Shown piece by piece: positions 18,431-27,598 of a stretch of 64,000 nt of DNA (positions are counted from its first letter, which is position 1; the number at the start of each line of letters is the position of its first letter). The stretch lies in NCBI GenBank assembly GCA_965197415.1, contig OZ240207.1, positions 1,053,046-1,117,045 on the forward strand, read 5' to 3'. The notes below the pieces were generated by a model that ran no database searches, was not told where the DNA came from, and was given only the letters and a program-made list of their open reading frames with translations. Both the position numbers and the translations under genes were made by a program. Origin of the DNA: Dehalococcoidia bacterium (lineage in GTDB: Bacteria > Chloroflexota > Dehalococcoidia > Lucifugimonadales > JAGWBF01).

Positions 18431-19506
18431 GACGCCTAAGCGCCAGCGAAGTCCACGCCAGCAAGGTAGCTGAGCTTGGATTGGATGAGACTGCATTGGA
18501 CCTCACCTCGATCGAGGCAATCGCCGCTGCGCTGAGGAGAGCGGCGAACTTCTTGTGCCCTTGCGCAGCAACTACGTTAGTTCGTGCAGTTGCCGAGCCT
18601 TTGCGTGGGCTGATTCAGGACATGGAGGAGACAAGGGAGATAGTCCGGGAAACGCTGGACGCCATGATCGCTATTGGCGACTTCCTTGAGTACCGCGACA
18701 TAGAATCAGATGAGACATCTCGTGCGGCAGTGCTCCTATACGCGGCTCCCCCCAGCTTTGTATCTCGGGACAGTGGCACAGCGATTCTCTTAGGCGTCTC
18801 TACTCCAGCACTCGACAGTCTCGCGGACCGCATCGACTATGAGAACCACCTGCGACGTCTCAGCCCTAGTCTTGGTGAAGACCTCGGTGCAGACCTTGAG
18901 CAACTAGGGTTCAGTGAAGTACCTCAAGACCAGTGGTTGCAAATGCCTCGACGAGAAACCCCGACTCAGCATTTGGCTCACTTGGACCGCCTTCTAAACG
19001 CAGCTGTGCCTTCGGGGGAGGTGGCTGGATTGTCAATACTCGACTGGGACCGCCCGGTCCGGTTCTACCGCGGGCGGTGGACGTCGGCAGGTTCGCTATC
19101 TGGACGGTTTGTGGCGCGGCGTAGTCAGGCCTATGGTGGAGATCTATGGTGCTACATAGAGATAAGCAGCGGAATGCCTGAGCGATTGGTGGATTTTCCA
19201 CTGGGGGACAGTCGATGGCGCGGCTGCGATGAGGCATGGCGTTTGCAGATGGCGATCGACGCCAATAGAGGAAGTGCGCAGGTGTTCAGGATACATCCAG
19301 GCCCAGAGAAATCATATGTGATGCAATTCTTCTCTCCTTTGCCGATGTGGGCTCGACGCAGACTTGACTCGGTAGGACACCTGGTGCCGAGCCCTGGATG
19401 TCTCTTCGCCTATCGATTGGCCGAGGCTGAGTTAGCGGAGGAAGTGCATTTCGCTCATGACGTGCTGTGGCTTGAGGAACTGAACGGCAGCTCAGAACCT
19501 TCATGA
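18415..19506 (+). CDS. Protein of unknown function in the DruC/DruD position
   Basis: 363-aa ORF. Alternative start ATG 18427 forms an ATGA overlap with the upstream stop, which suggests translational coupling. No recognisable motif. Confidence 0.75.
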   Translation: MEMGMRRLSASEVHASKVAELGLDETALDLTSIEAIAAALRRAANFLCPCAATTLVRAVAEPLRGLIQDMEETREIVRETLDAMIAIGDFLEYRDIESDETSRAAVLLYAAPPSFVSRDSGTAILLGVSTPALDSLADRIDYENHLRRLSPSLGEDLGADLEQLGFSEVPQDQWLQMPRRETPTQHLAHLDRLLNAAVPSGEVAGLSILDWDRPVRFYRGRWTSAGSLSGRFVARRSQAYGGDLWCYIEISSGMPERLVDFPLGDSRWRGCDEAWRLQMAIDANRGSAQVFRIHPGPEKSYVMQFFSPLPMWARRRLDSVGHLVPSPGCLFAYRLAEAELAEEVHFAHDVLWLEELNGSSEPS

Positions 19507-19525
19507 GCAGGAGAAAGGGGGGGAG

Positions 19526-22500
19526 ATGTCACTAACTATCATAGAGACCATGCAAGAGATGCAAGGCGCTCTACAGGATTACATCGAAGCGACGTACCAC
19601 ATCAGTCATTCGACCCTTGTAGTTCAGCGCCAGGAGATTCTCCGAACACTTGGCGTCATCCACCAGCGACCCTACTTGGAAAGCACTCCTCGTTACAAGA
19701 CCGGCACGGCGTTCAAGGATCTTGGACTTGACTCGGCCGCCCTTGAAGTCTTCGGCGCTGTCTCCGATGCTGATGGTGAGCTCAACCGCCTGATCTACGA
19801 TCCTCCTTATGAACACCAAGCAGCTTCCACGAAGCTTTCGCTTGTAGACGGCCGTAGCCTCGTGGTCATGACAGGGACTGGGTCTGGCAAAACGGAATGC
19901 TTCCTGTTGCCAATTCTGGGCAAGCTGGCCTCCGAAGCCCAAAGGAAGGGGCAGGTATTTGGAGAAACGGCAGCAGTAAGGGCGATGGTGCTATACCCAA
20001 TGAACGCCTTGGTCAATGACCAACTTGGCCGCCTCAGGCTCATGTTCGCGGACCAACGCATTAGCGGCAAATTCATCAGGTGGTCCGGAAGGCCCGCACG
20101 ATTCGCCCGATATACGAGCCGGACCTTGTACCCGGGAGTACGTGACTCAAGGAAGGACCAAATCAGGCTTGCCCCAATAAGGGACTACTACATCAACAAT
20201 CTGGAAATAGCGGGAGACCCCTCTTCTCCTCAACAAGCTACAGCCAAAGCACTGATCCGGGAACTGCAAGAGCGGGGTAAATGGCCTGCCAAACCCGACC
20301 TGATGAGGTGGTACGGCCAAAGAGGCCAGCGATGGCAGGACTCGAAGACTGGAGAATTCAGGCGAGGTGTAACGCTGCCGGAGGACCCGGAGTTGATTAC
20401 ACGACACGAAATACAAGCAGCACCTCCCGACATCTTGGTCACGAACTACTCGATGTTGGAATACATGATGCTGCGCCCGTTGGAACGGCCAATCTTTGAC
20501 CAAACGCGCGATTGGCTTCGTGCAAACCCAGAAGAGTCATTCCTGTTGGTCATCGACGAGGCTCACCTCTACCGTGGGGCTGCGGGCACAGAGGTAGCGC
20601 TACTCATACGGCGTCTGTGCACACGACTCGGGATTCCGCCAAAGCGTCTACAGGTTATATGCACCAGCGCGAGCATGCAGAATCCAGACTACGCCCTGGA
20701 GTTTGCTGCCCAACTCACAGGAAAGGAATCAGGAGACTTCAGCAAAGTGGAAGGTGAGCTCTTGTTACGTCCCGACGAAGCGAAGGGCTCGGTCGAAGAT
20801 ACCCGCGCGCTAGGGGCGATTGACCTGAGGGCCTTCTACGATGCAGAGACCGACTCTGATCGCATGTCCCACGTTGCAGAGTTCTTACGTTACCGGAGGG
20901 TCGAGCCGTCAGGCCAACTGCATCAAACGTTGCACAGCGCGCTAGAAACTTTCCCGCCCCTGGCGAAACTTATCAACCTGACGATGAGAGAGGCTCAGCC
21001 GGTCGAGGAGCTTTGGGAGGTGCTATCCGATGAAGTCCCTCTTGAAGTCACGACACGCGCAGTCACCAACCTAATCGCCCTCGCTAGCTCGGCTAAGCCT
21101 GATTCAAACCAGCCAGGTTTGATGCCGTGCCGAGTGCACTCCTTCTTCCGGGGTCTCGCCGGACTGTGGGTCTGCATGGACTCTCAATGCAGTGCGCTGC
21201 CTGAAGGTCAACGAGGAGGGCCTTCAGGGAAGCTGTTCAGCCAACCCCGCGATGTATGCGATTGCGGTTCTAGAGTCCTCGAACTCTACACGTGCCGAAA
21301 TTGCGGTACAGCTTACGCTCGAGCCTACACCAATGATGTAGAGGAACCCGATTTCCTTTGGTCAGAGCCGGGCGGAGCGCTAAGGACATTATCTGGGCAA
21401 TACGGCGAATTGAATGCAATCGACCTTCTTCTCGAAGAGCCTGTCTTCGCAGACAGGGTTGAAGCGGCAGACTACGATCTGGTCACAGGACGTTTGAACC
21501 CCCTCAATTTGGGGACGCGGAACCGGCAAGTCTACCTCCGTGCCAACCGTGCGGATCCTCCGGCCACAGATGAGGGCGCCATCGACTCATCCTTGGGTGA
21601 ATTCAAACCGTGCGCAGGGTGCGGCGAGACCGCCGGATTCGGCCGAACCTCTGTTCAGGACCATCAGACCAAGGGTGACCAGCCCTTCCAAGCATTGATT
21701 TCAAAGCAGATTCAGGTGCAGCCCCCTGGTCCCAATCCGGCAACCAAACTAGCCCCCCTTCGCGGGAGGAAAGTCCTTATTTTCTCGGATTCTAGGCAGA
21801 TGGCTGCCCGCTTAGCGCCAAACATCCAGACCTATTCGACGCGAGACGCTTTGCGCCCTCTGATCGTCTTTGGATACGCTCGCCTAAGTGGAAATGCGAC
21901 AATCAACAGATTCCTTTCCCTGGAGGACCTTTACCTTGCAGTGTTGGTCGCAGCAAAGGAGATGGGGGTAAGGCTGAGGCCCGAATTGAAGATCGGTGAG
22001 AGTTTCGAAGGGGAGAATACGGTGGAGCAGGCAGTCGGAAGCGGTGCCTTAGAGGACGATGGTCGACTCTTGGAGCTCCTCATGGAACTCAAGAATTCGC
22101 CACCGCCTGAATCCCTGCTTCGCTCGATCATGGCTTCGATCACCGATAGGTACTATGGTTTGGAGTCGCTCGCGTTAGCATCGCTTGTAGAGCGCCCTGC
22201 CCACACCTCCAAGGTCATGGCTCTGCCTGATATTCCCCAGTATGCGGAGTCAGATGACGAAAAGCTCGCGCTCGCCCGCGCATGGCTACGCTGTTGGATG
22301 AGATCGGGAGTTTGGTTGAGCCGAATGCCAGGAGCGTGGTCGTCTACAGTTGTTCGCTCACACGCAGGCAGATTCCAGGCTATGAGTCGTCTTCTACCCG
22401 ACTCGTCAGGTAGGGGGCTCTTTGAAAGGAAGTGGCTTCCGCAGCTGTTGGAAATGTTTGCCGAGCCGACGACCAGAGGAATGTACCGACTGGCTGGGAA

Positions 22501-25057
22501 AGAGTTGTCGCTGGCGATCGGAGGAGACTGGTCGTACTGCCAATCCTGCCGGACAGCCCAAAGACCCATTCCCGGAAGAATCACTTGTGCCAACTGCGGG
22601 CGTGACGCTACTGAACCCATCGACCCAGACACAGACTCTGTCTTTGTCGCCAGGAAAGGGTATTACCGGACGAGCACATTGGCCGCATTGAAGTCACCGC
22701 CCATACCACCACTGGCGCTCATTGCTGCAGAACACACTGCGCAGGTCAACACCGCACAGGCGGACGAGATATTCTCTAAGGCCGAAGAACACGAGATCCT
22801 CTTTCAAGATGTGGATTTGGGACCTGGGGACACGGGGCGAGAGAGACCGGCGATAGATGTCCTCTCTTGCACGACCACTATGGAAGTTGGCATCGACATA
22901 GGTGCTCTTTCAGGGGTGTCTCTGAGGAACATGCCGCCAGCAAGGGCGAACTACCAACAGCGTGCCGGCCGTGCCGGCCGTCGAGGAACGAATATCGCAA
23001 CCGTAACTGCATTCGGTAGTGCTGACAGTCATGATGAGCACCACTTCGAACATCCAGACCAGATGATCCGAGGAAAGGTCGACGACCCAACACTGACGCT
23101 AGGCAATCCGGTAATTGCGCGACGTCACGTTACGGCACATCTGCTGCAAAGATACCACCAGGCAAGATTACCTCAGATTAGTCCAGAAGATCAGCCCCAT
23201 CTGTTCGCTGTGCTTGGGACGGTCGCGGACTTCAAGAATCCCGGCAAGGTATTGAATCGTGTTGATCTCGAAGAATGGCTGCGCTCGAATGAGGTCGACT
23301 TGAAGGGAGATGTCGATGCATTGCTCCCAAGAGAGGTTGCTGGCACCGAACGCCAAGAACTTCTGGACCGATTAGTCGAAGCAACGCTAGAGTCCATTGA
23401 TACTGCGCTCGAGAACGATTCCCCAGGGTCGGATGAAGGCAGACAGCTAGGCGAGGAAGAAGATACGGCGAGCTTGGAGGCGCCGGATGAGCCTGGTGAG
23501 GAAGGACCTGTCCGAGACCCTTCTGAGAATCTTCTCGACCGCCTGCTCTACAAGGCAGTGCTTCCTCGTTACGCATTTCCCACAGACGTCGCCGGATTTC
23601 ATGTCTTCGACCAAGAGCGCTCAACCCGCTATCGCGCGGCCTTTCGCTATACGCCATCGCAGGGGCTTGCTATTGCGCTTTCTCAGTACGCACCGGGAAA
23701 GGAGGTCTGGATCGATGGCAAACTCTGGACTTCAGGAGCACTCTACTCGCCGATATCGAACGATCGGTACGATGCTTGGAACAGCCGACGGCTTTACTAC
23801 GAATGCAAGAATTGCCACTATGCTCTGACCAGATCTGTGGGGGAAGGAGAAAGGGGAGAGACCCGAAACTGTGAGGGGTGTGGTGGCATAGGAACCATGG
23901 GTCCGGCGAAGAATTGGCTGAGACCTCCTGGGTTTGCACATCCCGTCAGCCGAGAAGAGGGTACGTCGCCAGATGACCAACCCACCAGGAGTTATGCCAC
24001 CCGCGCCAAGTTGACGATGGCCACGCCATCAGATCCAGAGAAGTGGACGGATCTCAATGAGCGTATTCGCAAACACTACGCCAGGGATTATCTTCTCGTC
24101 ACAAACCGTGGGCCGCGTGACGAAGGTTACTCGTATTGCACGAGATGCGGCCTCATCGAACCGACCGCAACGCGGAACGGGCAGGTCGGAACAGACCACC
24201 GTAAGCCATTTCCAGACCCATCCAATCCGAATTGTCCGGGAGCCGGAACGACTACTGGATTGGTGCTAGGAACGGACTTCATCAGCGATGTGCTTCTCAT
24301 ATCTATAGGCACTAGGCCTCCGCTCACCCTGCTTCCTGGGCTGCTGCCCACTAACGTTGCGCTGCGCACTATCAGCGAAGCGCTCACAGTGGCCGCCTGT
24401 AGGCTCTTGGAATTGGACCCCAACGAGTTGCAGGCCGAATACCGACCAGCGCTTACTGAAGATGGGCGCCAAGGTCTCGAAGCAGAGATCTACCTTTATG
24501 ACACTTTGCCCGGTGGTGCTGGCTTTGCTCGGCGTGTCGGTGAACTGGGACTAGATGTCTTTGAGGAAGCCCTACATATCCTGGAGGAATGCCCAGAGAC
24601 CTGCGACCGGTCATGCTACCGCTGCTTAAGAAGCTACAAGAACAAGTTTGAACACGATCTCTTGGATCGTCATCTCGGCGCAAGTCTGCTGAGATATCTG
24701 ATCTACGGAAGCAATCCGACAATGGACGCTGGACGTCTTCAAGGTTCAACTAAACTGCTCTTCGAAGATCTCATTAGACAACAGACCCAGACTACGGCGG
24801 TAGCGTTCAATCACCAGGCGACACTCCCCAGCCTTGGCCCAGTCACGATTCCAATATACGTGAGACGGGCCGATGGAACCGAATTCTTCGTGGGTCTCTG
24901 CGAACCGCTCACGCGCGATACCCCGGCTGATGTTGTGCTCAGGGACGTAAAGCAGTGGTGTCCCACAATCCCGGTCGTGCTCTGCGATGAGATTTTGGTG
25001 TCGCGGAACCTCCCTGCCGCCACGAATCACATTCTGGAGAAGATGGGTTTGGGCTAA
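19526..25057 (+). CDS. druE: Giant SF2 helicase with C-terminal DUF1998/MrfA-type zinc module, Druantia DruE-like
   Basis: 1843 aa. Walker A MTGTGSGKTECF; DEAH box LLVIDEAHLYRGAAGTE; motifs V-VI TTTMEVGIDIGAL..NYQQRAGRAGRRG. Several CxxC ribbons (CDCGSRVLELYTCRNCG; CQSCRT..CANCG; CKNCHY..CEGCG). Terminal cluster CPETCDRSCYRCLRSYKNKFEH. RBS GGGGGGAG. Confidence 0.85.
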   Translation: MSLTIIETMQEMQGALQDYIEATYHISHSTLVVQRQEILRTLGVIHQRPYLESTPRYKTGTAFKDLGLDSAALEVFGAVSDADGELNRLIYDPPYEHQAASTKLSLVDGRSLVVMTGTGSGKTECFLLPILGKLASEAQRKGQVFGETAAVRAMVLYPMNALVNDQLGRLRLMFADQRISGKFIRWSGRPARFARYTSRTLYPGVRDSRKDQIRLAPIRDYYINNLEIAGDPSSPQQATAKALIRELQERGKWPAKPDLMRWYGQRGQRWQDSKTGEFRRGVTLPEDPELITRHEIQAAPPDILVTNYSMLEYMMLRPLERPIFDQTRDWLRANPEESFLLVIDEAHLYRGAAGTEVALLIRRLCTRLGIPPKRLQVICTSASMQNPDYALEFAAQLTGKESGDFSKVEGELLLRPDEAKGSVEDTRALGAIDLRAFYDAETDSDRMSHVAEFLRYRRVEPSGQLHQTLHSALETFPPLAKLINLTMREAQPVEELWEVLSDEVPLEVTTRAVTNLIALASSAKPDSNQPGLMPCRVHSFFRGLAGLWVCMDSQCSALPEGQRGGPSGKLFSQPRDVCDCGSRVLELYTCRNCGTAYARAYTNDVEEPDFLWSEPGGALRTLSGQYGELNAIDLLLEEPVFADRVEAADYDLVTGRLNPLNLGTRNRQVYLRANRADPPATDEGAIDSSLGEFKPCAGCGETAGFGRTSVQDHQTKGDQPFQALISKQIQVQPPGPNPATKLAPLRGRKVLIFSDSRQMAARLAPNIQTYSTRDALRPLIVFGYARLSGNATINRFLSLEDLYLAVLVAAKEMGVRLRPELKIGESFEGENTVEQAVGSGALEDDGRLLELLMELKNSPPPESLLRSIMASITDRYYGLESLALASLVERPAHTSKVMALPDIPQYAESDDEKLALARAWLRCWMRSGVWLSRMPGAWSSTVVRSHAGRFQAMSRLLPDSSGRGLFERKWLPQLLEMFAEPTTRGMYRLAGKELSLAIGGDWSYCQSCRTAQRPIPGRITCANCGRDATEPIDPDTDSVFVARKGYYRTSTLAALKSPPIPPLALIAAEHTAQVNTAQADEIFSKAEEHEILFQDVDLGPGDTGRERPAIDVLSCTTTMEVGIDIGALSGVSLRNMPPARANYQQRAGRAGRRGTNIATVTAFGSADSHDEHHFEHPDQMIRGKVDDPTLTLGNPVIARRHVTAHLLQRYHQARLPQISPEDQPHLFAVLGTVADFKNPGKVLNRVDLEEWLRSNEVDLKGDVDALLPREVAGTERQELLDRLVEATLESIDTALENDSPGSDEGRQLGEEEDTASLEAPDEPGEEGPVRDPSENLLDRLLYKAVLPRYAFPTDVAGFHVFDQERSTRYRAAFRYTPSQGLAIALSQYAPGKEVWIDGKLWTSGALYSPISNDRYDAWNSRRLYYECKNCHYALTRSVGEGERGETRNCEGCGGIGTMGPAKNWLRPPGFAHPVSREEGTSPDDQPTRSYATRAKLTMATPSDPEKWTDLNERIRKHYARDYLLVTNRGPRDEGYSYCTRCGLIEPTATRNGQVGTDHRKPFPDPSNPNCPGAGTTTGLVLGTDFISDVLLISIGTRPPLTLLPGLLPTNVALRTISEALTVAACRLLELDPNELQAEYRPALTEDGRQGLEAEIYLYDTLPGGAGFARRVGELGLDVFEEALHILEECPETCDRSCYRCLRSYKNKFEHDLLDRHLGASLLRYLIYGSNPTMDAGRLQGSTKLLFEDLIRQQTQTTAVAFNHQATLPSLGPVTIPIYVRRADGTEFFVGLCEPLTRDTPADVVLRDVKQWCPTIPVVLCDEILVSRNLPAATNHILEKMGLG

Positions 25058-25090
25058 TTCATACCCATCACGATCTGGAGGAGGCGCGCC

Positions 25091-26398
25091 ATGAGCGTCG
25101 CATGCCCGAAGTGCGGAAATGAGGAATTGAGGTTGGACCCCATCAGTCGGTTCCGTCTCGGAATACCGCAACTCAGCGATCTGGAGCAGGCTGTCGTCGT
25201 GCTGTCTTGTCAGCCGTGTGGCAGCGACTTCCAATTTCGTATCCATGGACGAAATCGACCGAGCTTCTCGCACTTCATGCATGTTGGGGACGATGGCAAG
25301 CCTGAAACGGATGGTCTCCGTCGGGGATACATATCATTGTGGCCTGACACGGTCGTCAAGAAGGCGTCTGTCGATTATCGCTTCGCGCACAAGGATGGGC
25401 AGAATATTCTGTGGCCGATGAACGAGGCCAGGATTCAGACCGGCACAGGCGTCGACCAATACGGCGACCCTGACCTCATGGCGGAGTTCGCGAAGGAGTA
25501 TCTGAAACAGCACTGGGTGCTCTTGAAGCCGGGACGGTTGCCGCAAACACTCGTCGAAGTCATGCCGTCGCTGCTACTGCTGGTCACCGCAGCCGAGCTG
25601 GCGACGAAGGCTTTCGCCCTGCGTTCGAAGGGTGAAACACCCCGAACACACGACCTAGTAGAGCTCTATGACGGCTTGGACCCTGAGCATCGAGCGGCTG
25701 TCGAGTCTCGATTCGGCGGGTGTCGGCTAGTTGTGGGTCTCACATCCATTGGCGCCGATGCTCCTAAGATTCAGGACATATTGGGCACGTACGCCGACAT
25801 CTATGGCGGCAAGCGCGGCGCCTACCAAGAGGCCAAGTTCTACGCCGAGCCCACGACCATGCTGCCAGAGGCTAGCAATTTAAGGGGTGCCAACCTTATC
25901 AAGGGGAACACCCCGTATCCGACTTTCATGCCTTATCTGGTTGAGGCGATCGTGGACTGCTACTACTTCTACTCAGGGCTTGAGCGGCTTCGCAGACGCG
26001 GCGCTGAGATACATGAACTCGGCCCTAACTCAACGAGCCACGGTTACGGAGACTGGGTTCTGAGGCCTTCGTCGTTGGACCTCGCGGTGATCATCGTTTC
26101 ACAACAGGAGTCCAAAGACTCTGGCCACAATGACCTCCCCTCCTTTGCGAGCTTCAAGTCACATCACCCGACTGGCCTCCAGGCCGACTGGATGTACGGA
26201 GGGAGCACTCTTCTCTTCTACGACGCAACCGGCTCAAAGCCTCGGGACGGCATCGAGACCATCGCTGACATTGAATGCCACATCATAAGCGAGGAACAAG
26301 TTCGCATGCACTCCCGCGATCTGGATAGGTTGGCCGACAGACTTGAAGCAATCGACGCCGGAGACACGCCCCTGGGTGCCCTCCCGCCAGTTCGCTAG
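25091..26398 (+). CDS. Zn-ribbon protein with a central HEPN-like helical segment, unknown function, co-oriented 33 nt after druE
   Basis: 435 aa. N-terminal CPKCGNEE..(x31)..CQPCGSD ribbon. The central string LLLLVTAAELATKAFALRSKGETPRTHDLVELYDGL resembles the HEPN (PF05168-type) E-L-x-x-K-A ... T-H-D-L-x-x-L helices. The HEPN call comes from pattern memory only. Confidence 0.6.
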   Translation: MSVACPKCGNEELRLDPISRFRLGIPQLSDLEQAVVVLSCQPCGSDFQFRIHGRNRPSFSHFMHVGDDGKPETDGLRRGYISLWPDTVVKKASVDYRFAHKDGQNILWPMNEARIQTGTGVDQYGDPDLMAEFAKEYLKQHWVLLKPGRLPQTLVEVMPSLLLLVTAAELATKAFALRSKGETPRTHDLVELYDGLDPEHRAAVESRFGGCRLVVGLTSIGADAPKIQDILGTYADIYGGKRGAYQEAKFYAEPTTMLPEASNLRGANLIKGNTPYPTFMPYLVEAIVDCYYFYSGLERLRRRGAEIHELGPNSTSHGYGDWVLRPSSLDLAVIIVSQQESKDSGHNDLPSFASFKSHHPTGLQADWMYGGSTLLFYDATGSKPRDGIETIADIECHIISEEQVRMHSRDLDRLADRLEAIDAGDTPLGALPPVR

Positions 26399-26901
26399 CC
26401 AGGGATAATCCTTCTGTAATGGGCTTCCTGGCAGACCAGACGCCAGCGACCACGGCAACCGCGGGCGCGTAACGCACGAGGATCGGCTACGATCGTCTTC
26501 AAAGCCACCGACAGCGTTGGGCGGGAGGGTGATGGCTATCTAGGTTCACCTGAAGAGGCTCGAACTCCCCGCGAGGACCGCTGTGCCAGGGCTCACAGAG
26601 CCCCCAACCACATCTCGAAGATGGTTCCACCTACTATCCCCTTAGGCCCACCACCGCTTACGGTAGATACCGCAATCTTTGAGATGTCGCTCGGCAGCCT
26701 ATCGGCGCACAGAGGACTCGCGATTCCCGTAGTGTGACGCGCGTGGTGACGGAAGGACGGAAGGAGCGCCGCGCGGGCCCCAGCTCCCAATTATCTGGCG
26801 TCCTCCTCTTCCTGTCCTTAAGCCGTTGGCATCCCCTAGCCTCGCTGGCTCGCCAAATTCTGCTACGATACGATAGGAGTTCCTTGGAGTTCGCTGTTCA
26901 G

Positions 26902-27598
26902 CTAACCCTGTTCCGAAACACGGCTTGAGATACTTACGGTGATAGGGCCTCTTCCGCTGAACCCATGCCCACCTGGGTTCATATAGCCACTGTTACCAAC
27001 ATTTCCAGTTCTTCCCGCGATCATGTATGTATATCGGTGTAATTCAGGTACAGAATCTCTTTCCCTGATGCATATTTGCAAGTGGGTTCCCGAAGGGTCT
27101 AGATAGGCAGTAAACTCGAGGCCCGCGAGCAGTTCGAGAAGCCTCGACGATGTCCATAGATTCTGCTTGACTGGCTCATTGTCCGGTGCTTGAGCAACAG
27201 CTTGGGTATAGCACTTCTGTGCTTCGCTGAATCTCCCCAAGCACATCAGCGCATTCCCCTTGTTGAATGTGGCATGCCAATTGTCAGATGCAACCTCGTT
27301 GTATGCCGAAATCGCCTCTTCGAAGCGGAGCATGTCAGCATACGTGTTGGCCAGATTGAATTGGTATGTGGCGGGACCGGGAGCTAACTCAATCACTTGT
27401 AGATAGTCTTTCAAGGCCCCTCTGTAGTCCTTAAGTTCGACCCTGGAGTTGGCTCGGTTGAAGTAAATCATGTGGCCGATCATGATACTTTGAGGGAATT
27501 TCGTCATCGTGGTGATCGCCCTATCGTAGTCCTCTATCGCCTCGACGTGATTACCCAGTTCGGCGTGAGCGTTGGCTCTCAAGAAATAAATCCTATAG
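26902..27598 (-). pseudogene. C-terminal part (TPR repeats plus an unknown C-terminal domain) of an FRG-TPR gene split by an IS insertion
   Basis: The reading frame is open up to the IS boundary (..YRIYFLRANAHAELGNHVEAIEDYDRAI..). The track reports only the part from the first Met (26902-27582). It joins 29196-30039 in frame once the IS and one ATAG copy are removed. Confidence 0.8.

Noticed and set aside
26540-26630. tRNA-like strings (GGCTCGAACTCC on the plus strand; reverse strand GGGAGTTCGAGCC T-arm-like and GGGCT-CTGTG-AGCCC stem-loop) as a possible tRNA or att remnant at an island junction
   Set aside because: I could not fold a cloverleaf. No matching acceptor stem was found, the putative anticodon loop is 5 nt or lacks U33, and the T-stem needs two G-U pairs. 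tRNAscan-SE or Aragorn on 26400-26900 would settle it.
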